DNA of 25,540 nucleotides from a virus: IMG/VR virus record IMGVR_UViG_3300001517_000005, positions 1 to 25,540 of that record; one strand, 5' to 3'. Shown piece by piece: positions 19,103 to 25,540 of this stretch (position 1 is its first letter; each line of letters starts with the position of its first letter). The notes under the pieces were generated by a model. It saw only the letters and a program-made list of their open reading frames with translations, ran no database searches and was not told where the DNA came from. The position numbers and the translations under genes were made by a program.

Positions 19103-19449
19103 TATAAATACCTCGCATTAAACTCTACTGAAAGTTGTAAGTGCGCGCCATTCTAAATACTAATCTTATTCTCTCCTGGTTGCAATTTGGGGAACTCCCA
19201 ACCATCATAATTATTAAAAGCAGAAACATCATTAACTGTGACAATGCGGTTCTCGCCATCAATTACTACAACATCATTAACACTAATGTTTGTCATTTTT
19301 ATAGGTTTTTGACTAACCCCTGTAATTGTTAAAACTACAAAATCAATCTATGGAATGATTGTAATTTTACAAGGGGCTGGGGCAGTCCCATTGTTAATAA
19401 CAGTGAAACTGTCCCCATCAAATGTTATTGGATAATAATTTTCATTCAT
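19102..19449 (-). CDS. Small distal-tail-protein (Dit) C-terminal-domain-like protein
   Basis: GGGGGA then ATG at 19447-19449. An alternative in-frame ATG at 19465-19467 overlaps the giant ORF TAA as TAATG. Sequence ..FTVINNGTAPAPCKITIIP[TAG]IDF...WEFPKLQPGENKISI[TAG]NGAHLQLSVEFNARYL resembles the C-terminal half of Sipho_tail/Dit proteins. Stop is TAA 19102-19104. Confidence 0.72.
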
Positions 19450-19466
19450 TTGATTTCCCCCAATCA

Positions 19467-22400
19467 TTATAATACTTCGCTTGTATTACCATCAATTTCA
19501 ATCCAACCTTGTCCTGTGTAGCCCCAATTTGGATTGTTATCGCAAGTATATAATACAGTAATGCGCTCGCCATATAAATAAGTTCCAACGCGATACTCAT
19601 TGTCTGCTATTGGGAAACTATAATAAATAGTATCTTTTGTAACAGCGTAATTTTTATTTAATGTTGTGGTTTGCGAACTTGTGTAAGCTCTTGGTATCCA
19701 ATGAGCGCCATCAAATAACATACCGCCAACAGTAGAAGGACAAGCATAATAAACTTTAATCAACGCTGGAGAACTACCATAATAATAATCGCTCCTTTGT
19801 CCTAACGTATAAATGCCTTGTGTTGGGTCATTATATACATAGAAATTAGAAATGTTACCAGGAACTAAAGCATATGTTGCCTCTTCTGGACGGATATAAT
19901 TATAATCTGCACCAGCCAAGGTCTCTAACTCATTACGCTTAACCCATTGGTCGCCAGATTTATCCCAGTTACCTACAATCTAATAAGTGCTATTTTCTTC
20001 AGCTTGTTTACTAATAGGCATTACTAAACCTGGTGTTAAATCACGAACTTTAATACTGTATTCATCAGGGTCGGTGTAACCAGCGCTTGCGGTTGTGGTG
20101 CGTTTATACAACATAACATCAGTCGTTGGATAATCCCAACCATTAAATAAATTATAAGCATTGCTCTCTTTAACTTCTTGATTGCGATAGAAAATCAATT
20201 CTTTGCCATCTGTTGTTGTGCCTGCATAAGTGCTATAACCAGAAAACTCTGCATTATTAGCATCACTGGCTCTAAAATTATAAGCAAAGTTACCAGTTAA
20301 TAAGTCAAACATACCATTATCAGGCATTCGCATACGCTCTCCATTATATCTATACCATAATCCTTTTGGAACTGGCACATAATAATGGACCATCATAAAG
20401 TCATAGTAACTGATTACATCATAGATAATACCATAACCTCTTTGATTAGATAAATCTTGATTGGCTTTTGGATTTTTATGATATCCAGCTAAATTAACAC
20501 TATCCGTATAAGGAGTATCCATACCATAAATAATATAAGTAGTTTCACGGTTCTCATATTCATTGCCAACACCAGACATAATAGTAGGTGAAGTTCTAAA
20601 ATTAGAATAGTTCATAATGAACTTGTCACCATTTTTAATAGTCTTATATGCTTCTGGTACTTCAACTGCTTCACCATAAGAACGAGCCATTATATTATTA
20701 TAAACAGTAAAACCGTCAAATGCTTTACTCTTATCTAATCGTAATGCCATACCACCAACAGTGAGGTTGTATTTTTCTACATAATAAGTAGTAACATTTT
20801 CTAATAAATCGTGGCGCCATTCACCAGAGACATAAACATCATAATGCTCTGTATCATTTAGAGACGCACTATAACCAGGAGCAGATAAATCAAACTTAAT
20901 ACCTGGATTTAACCAATAACTACGAGTTGTTTTATTTCCATAATAAGGGTCTTGTGTAACTAAATCATAATATCTATTAAGATAGTTGTGCTGAACCCAA
21001 ATCTTAAAGGTATCTGGGTCAAAGATTGGATATACAATATATTGAGTGCCGCATCTAATTAGTTCTTCAAAACTAAACTTAATGTTATCCTTATCCCAAG
21101 TACGTGGGTTCCAAAGGTAAATACCTTCACCATAACCAGTAGGACGGAATAAATTGCGCTCAAATCCAAAATAATCCCAAGTTAATGTTAATACAGTGTC
21201 GCGATATAAAGTTGGATTTACATCAACAGTGCCGCCATAAGCTGTAATATTGCGTAAATAATTCGCCATTACATAACCGCGCTCATCAGCATACTCTACT
21301 AAATACCAATTAGTAGTGCCGCCTTCTATAGCATCACTTAAGATATCAATAGTTGTTTCTGCTGGAATTACAGTAATTACTGTCGCATCACTATTGGCCT
21401 CTCTACGCATATTTAAAGCCTAAATTGTAGTAGCGGAACCTGGGATTTCTTCTACCTACCAAGAGGTGCTAATGAAAGTATCCCAATCAGGGTTCCAATC
21501 GCTAATAGAACAACTAAATGCAGATGCTCCTAATCTATTCATTTCGGCTTTATTATCTCTGTAATAAATACAGGAATAATTGTAAATGGTTTCTGGATAT
21601 ACAATATCAATACTATGTAATGCGCTCAATGCATTATAAGTGTATTCACCAGTATAGGTGTAATTACTATTATTGTGGAAGCGCATTTTATATTTTTGAA
21701 TATCAATTCCTAAATCGGCTAAACTATGAATATTATTAAAATCAAAGTCATCTAAATTAATAACCTCAATAGCAAGACCATTATATAACTTACCTGCTTG
21801 ATTAAAACTTATATCTTCGGCTTTAATCCAACTTTCAATTTCAGGAGCGTAGCACCATAATCTATCAATAGTCATTTTGGTAATATCTATGTACTCACCA
21901 AAAGGAACAAATGTAGCATCTTCTTGATATTCAGTAGTGATATTAAGATATTGCGCGAGCATAAAGCCTTGGTGCGATTGATATTGGACTGGTAACCATT
22001 CTGTATCCCCTGTAAAGATGCTATTGCCTGTAATATCTACTGTTGTGCCATTGGGAACTGCAGTAATTATATTAGTATCATTTATCATACTAGTAGAGGA
22101 CCGCAAATTAACACTGTCATTTGCGCTTCCAGACCTAACTTCTGCTTTGCCTAAACCAGTATCATAATCTGGGTTCTAACCAGGCCCTGTAATTGGTTCA
22201 GTAGCACTTAATAAAATCCAAGCATTAGGATACTCTTTAAGACGACCCCAACCATTACGTTCTTGTATGATAGTATAAATATCTCTATTTATAATCATTG
22301 CGAGGGTTTTATATTTGCGGGCAGGCCCATAATGCAATCCAGTATATTTATCAATAACTCTTACTTGGTAAGGGATAAACTCACCAAAGTCTTCATCTTC

Positions 22401-25390
22401 ATAAAGTGCTTGATGGTAATGGTTGTAGTATTTAATTGCGCCATTTGGATTAAGTACGCGCGCAGTTAAATTACAATTCAAATAATTATTATCATTTTCA
22501 TCAAGAGTAATTAAGTTATTGTCGTAGGCTCCACCCCTATAGTATTCAACATACAAAAGGTTAGGCGCATCCTCAACTGATAACTTATCATACACTACTA
22601 TTGGGCTTGGCGCGTTAATGAAAGCCTAAATATCATCGTCTGCAATTATTTCTTCATTATAAACAATACGCCCATCACTGTAATAATCACTCTTATAAAG
22701 ATTTACATTTACACCTAAATCAGCAAGTGTATTTGCGTTTCTAATATCTTCTAAAGAAAACATTAAATCACGACTACCAATACGGACATTATCACAGTAA
22801 TAGACAACTGTTTTAGTGAAAGTTTTTAAACGATAATACACATTCACTGCGCCCATCTCATAGATTTGTACGAGGTTCATTTTATTATTATACCAAGACC
22901 AATCTGCATCTACGTCTAACCAACCATCTAAATGGAACTCGTCAGGTTTATAATCATTCCACTCAAGTATTTCTTCAATAGAAGTATTGCGGCCGCAGAA
23001 CCAAGTTGGGACATCTACAAACTTGTTTGCAATAAAAGTATTGTCATAATCATAATAATTTGTAGTAATTTTCCCATAACTCAAAACGTCAGGAATTACA
23101 TAAATGGGCGCTGGAGTATAAGTAATTTTTTCGTCATCGTGATTAGTTAATTCTCCTGGATTGCTGTCTCCAAAGAAGATTTCAGTAACAAGGTCAAACA
23201 AACCATTTTCTGGCATTGTATAATCATAAATCTAATCACCTTTTGCAACTGGAATTAAATCACGAACTAAACGGTCCTAATCGTATATTTTAAGGCTCCA
23301 TAAAATACCGCCAGCCTACCAAGGGAATGTTGGGAATACCCAATCGCCAAATAAGGCATTAACCGTTTTTGTAGTTTTACGGAGCGTCTGCTTCCCTAAT
23401 TGGACGCCACCACCACCACCAGTATCAGTAGGAGTGTTTTCGCCTGCACTTTCACCTTCACCCGAAAAATTACCCGCATCATCTTTATTTATGGTTTCCC
23501 AAATCTCTAATGTAACATTGTATATATCATCTAAATCTTGTGCTGTATAAGGATGGGTATGAACTCCCTAGACCCCAAAAGCATATCCAAAACTACCAGT
23601 AATCATACCTAAACTAGGAAAACTCCAGTAGATATTATCTAAGATATTAGGTTTGCCAGTAGTTGGATTTGTAGAAGTAAATAACGATAATGAACCACGA
23701 GGTCTTTCAATGTCTTCCCAAATTGGATTATCTTTATTTTCAATCTACCAACTAAACGGATAATTACTATCGTGGTAATTCCAAATGCTACAATAATTAT
23801 TATAAGCATCAAGCACTACGGTAAATGGATTGGCAAAGCCATAATCACCTTCCCAAGTGCCTTCTTGGTTGCCAAAATTTATATTGTCATCGTAAGAGTT
23901 TAATCCAACTGCCTGTAAGGGTTCTCCATTTACTTGCATATGACCGTCTGTTTCTTTATCTAATACGCCATTAAAAGTAAAATCTTTTTCAAAATCATAC
24001 CTCTAATATACATCAATTACGTTATAATTATCATCAGTATTAAATGGATTACCTCTACGGAAACCAGCAATAATACCAGGATGAGTATAATAAACAATGT
24101 TAAAAGAGTTTGTTGTTACTGTTTTTGTAGAAGCATATGGCTAACCATCAATCTGTGTTGGCCCATTATGAGTGTAAACCCAGGGCCCATCCGCAAATGG
24201 GATACGAGGTTTTATACTAAAATATCCTTTTGAAGCAAAACTATTACTTCTGCCATTCCAATAGTCGGTTAGTTTATCATTTGTATAACCTAACATATCA
24301 TATACACTATCATCCATAATTCGTGTAAAGGAAGGAATAACCTAAGAATACTATACCTAAATCTCATTAACAAAATCGGTTGGCCCACGATAACCAAAAA
24401 TAGTAGTGAAATCAGTATCAAAATAACTATCCCCGTGGGTTGGGGCTCTAACTCCAATAGGTTTAGAAGCACCAGTCCATTCTACTCTTAAACGGCCGAT
24501 TTCTTTTGGTTTATACCCTAAATCAAAATAAGGCACTCTCCAAGGCTAAAGGACAATCCCTGATGTAATACCTTGAGTTATTTCACGATAACTAGGATAT
24601 ATTCTATTACATAAATCTCCCCAATACAAAACCTTCTTTTCATAATAGGCTTCTGTTGGGTCGTGCGGTTCTGCGATACTATCATAAACAATAGCAATTT
24701 CATCTAATTCTACCAAAGTTAAGAAGGTATATTGAATATCACTATTTTGTAATACGCCACCATCACAATTACCAGGACGATATTTATTGATATAATTATT
24801 TGGTAACTAATCTGCTAAATAAAATGGATACGCGGGGTCAAAATCATCTAACCTAAACTCCCAAGAGGTAGATGCTACTAGATTTGCTGGGTCTATATCA
24901 TCTGTATAATAATTAACATCTAATGACTAGGTCGCGCAATCATACATTATGATATAAACATCTTTTAATTTCTCTGGGTTGTCAAGACGCTCATCCATTT
25001 CATACCATTGGTAATTTACACCATCTACATAATACTTTTCTGGTTTCATAGCGTTTTTATCAATATAGAAATCAATATATTCGCCATCTCTAAAATCAGT
25101 CTAGTCAAAATGTAAAGTAATTTCACCAATAGTCTCATAGGTTCTAATGCCATAAACCTTTTTAATGTAGCGCACAGTTGTTGTATAATCTTCTAATGGT
25201 TCTTCTTCTGGAGTATAAAAGATATCATATGGAGAATGGCTTAATACTCTTGCCAATGATACTTTCGGCTCTGGGAAAACATAGTCTGTTTTATACCCTT
25301 CTGGTTTATATTTATTAAGTCTAACAATATCACCAAAAGTAGGAACCTAGTAGAAATCACGCTCTTTTAATTGAATAGTTTCAGTATGAA
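19467..25390 (-). CDS. Giant tail/baseplate-associated adhesin-like protein, 3' part (same ORF as 1..3178 across the circular junction). It carries beta-rich repeats and several SH3b-like modules.
   Basis: The frame is preserved across the junction (offset 25,390). I checked every codon from 25390 to 19467 and found no TAA or TGA. There are 20 in-frame TAG, at 25347, 25101, 24927, 24807, 24546, 24357, 24351, 24342, 24141, 24003, 23745, 23568, 23316, 23277, 23232, 22626, 22176, 21456, 21420 and 19980. The ORF ends at TAA 19467-19469. SH3b-like segments include MRREANSDATVITVIPAETTIDIL..WYLVEY..RGYVMANYL. Confidence 0.88.
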
Positions 25391-25540
25391 GAAGCGTTGG
25401 CTCACCTGCGCCGCTATCTTGATAATAATTAACAACAATCTAATTTTCATCTTCTTCATACACGACATTAAAGATGTGTGTATTCAGCCCATCAAAACTT
25501 TTATCTATTTTATCAAAATCAGTGATAACACCTGGTTTGT
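25391..25540. repeat. Terminal direct repeat, copy B (identical to 1..150)
   Basis: Direct comparison of the two window ends shows no mismatch. Confidence 0.95.

Noticed and set aside
19467-19490. A programmed -1 frameshift fusing the giant ORF to the Dit-C-like ORF. The downstream ORF is in the -1 frame and is open from 19485.
   Set aside because: The 19-nt window contains no X_XXY_YYZ slippery heptamer. The junction has a TAATG stop/start overlap and a G-rich RBS with an ATG, as at other gene boundaries in this genome. Independent initiation is the simpler explanation.
1-25540. The alternative explanation that the TAG interruptions mark a decayed prophage full of pseudogenes.
   Set aside because: Only one of the three stop codons interrupts the genes, and there are no frameshifts. 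Frames stay conserved for up to 9.1 kb, and start/stop overlaps between neighbouring genes are intact. Random decay would also produce TAA and TGA codons and indels.
1-25540. TGA reassignment (code 4 or 25) in addition to TAG.
   Set aside because: TGA occurs in frame only at gene ends (15 genes by my count), frequently overlapping the next ATG. No gene requires TGA readthrough to restore homology.

Overview
The window is a complete, circularly closed phage genome. Positions 1..150 are identical to 25391..25540, so the unit length is 25,390 bp. It is AT-rich and uses strong AGGAGG-type ribosome-binding sites, which suggests a Bacillota-like host (inference). I find 27 genes, 26 of them on the minus strand. 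They cover packaging (terS, terL, SPP1-type portal, MuF-like), head (scaffold, capsid, connector, head closure), a collagen-like fibre, tail (gp10-like, tail completion, TP901-1-like tube, chaperone-like, Dit-like, Tal-like), and an HNH endonuclease plus small DNA-binding proteins. The only plus-strand gene is a tyrosine integrase.

The main observation is that TAG is not a stop codon here. Under the standard code nearly every minus-strand gene is broken by in-frame TAG, about 89 by hand count. Each fragment continues in the same frame into recognisable homologous sequence. Every gene ends in TAA or TGA, often overlapping the next start codon (ATGA, TGATG, TAATG). This matches the amber-reassigned code 15 (TAG to Gln) reported for some gut phages. 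The amino acid encoded by TAG cannot be proven from this window alone.

Reading TAG as sense gives a single 9,102-nt (3,033-aa) ORF that crosses the circular junction and takes up about 36% of the genome. It starts with a Dit-like domain and continues with many beta-rich repeats and SH3b-like modules.

The 312-codon integrase has no TAG, and the small HTH protein is essentially intact in either code, so the lysogeny genes stay readable in the standard code. I found no suppressor tRNA, release factor, tape-measure gene or recognisable endolysin. All coordinates and counts were derived by hand from the sequence and should be recomputed.
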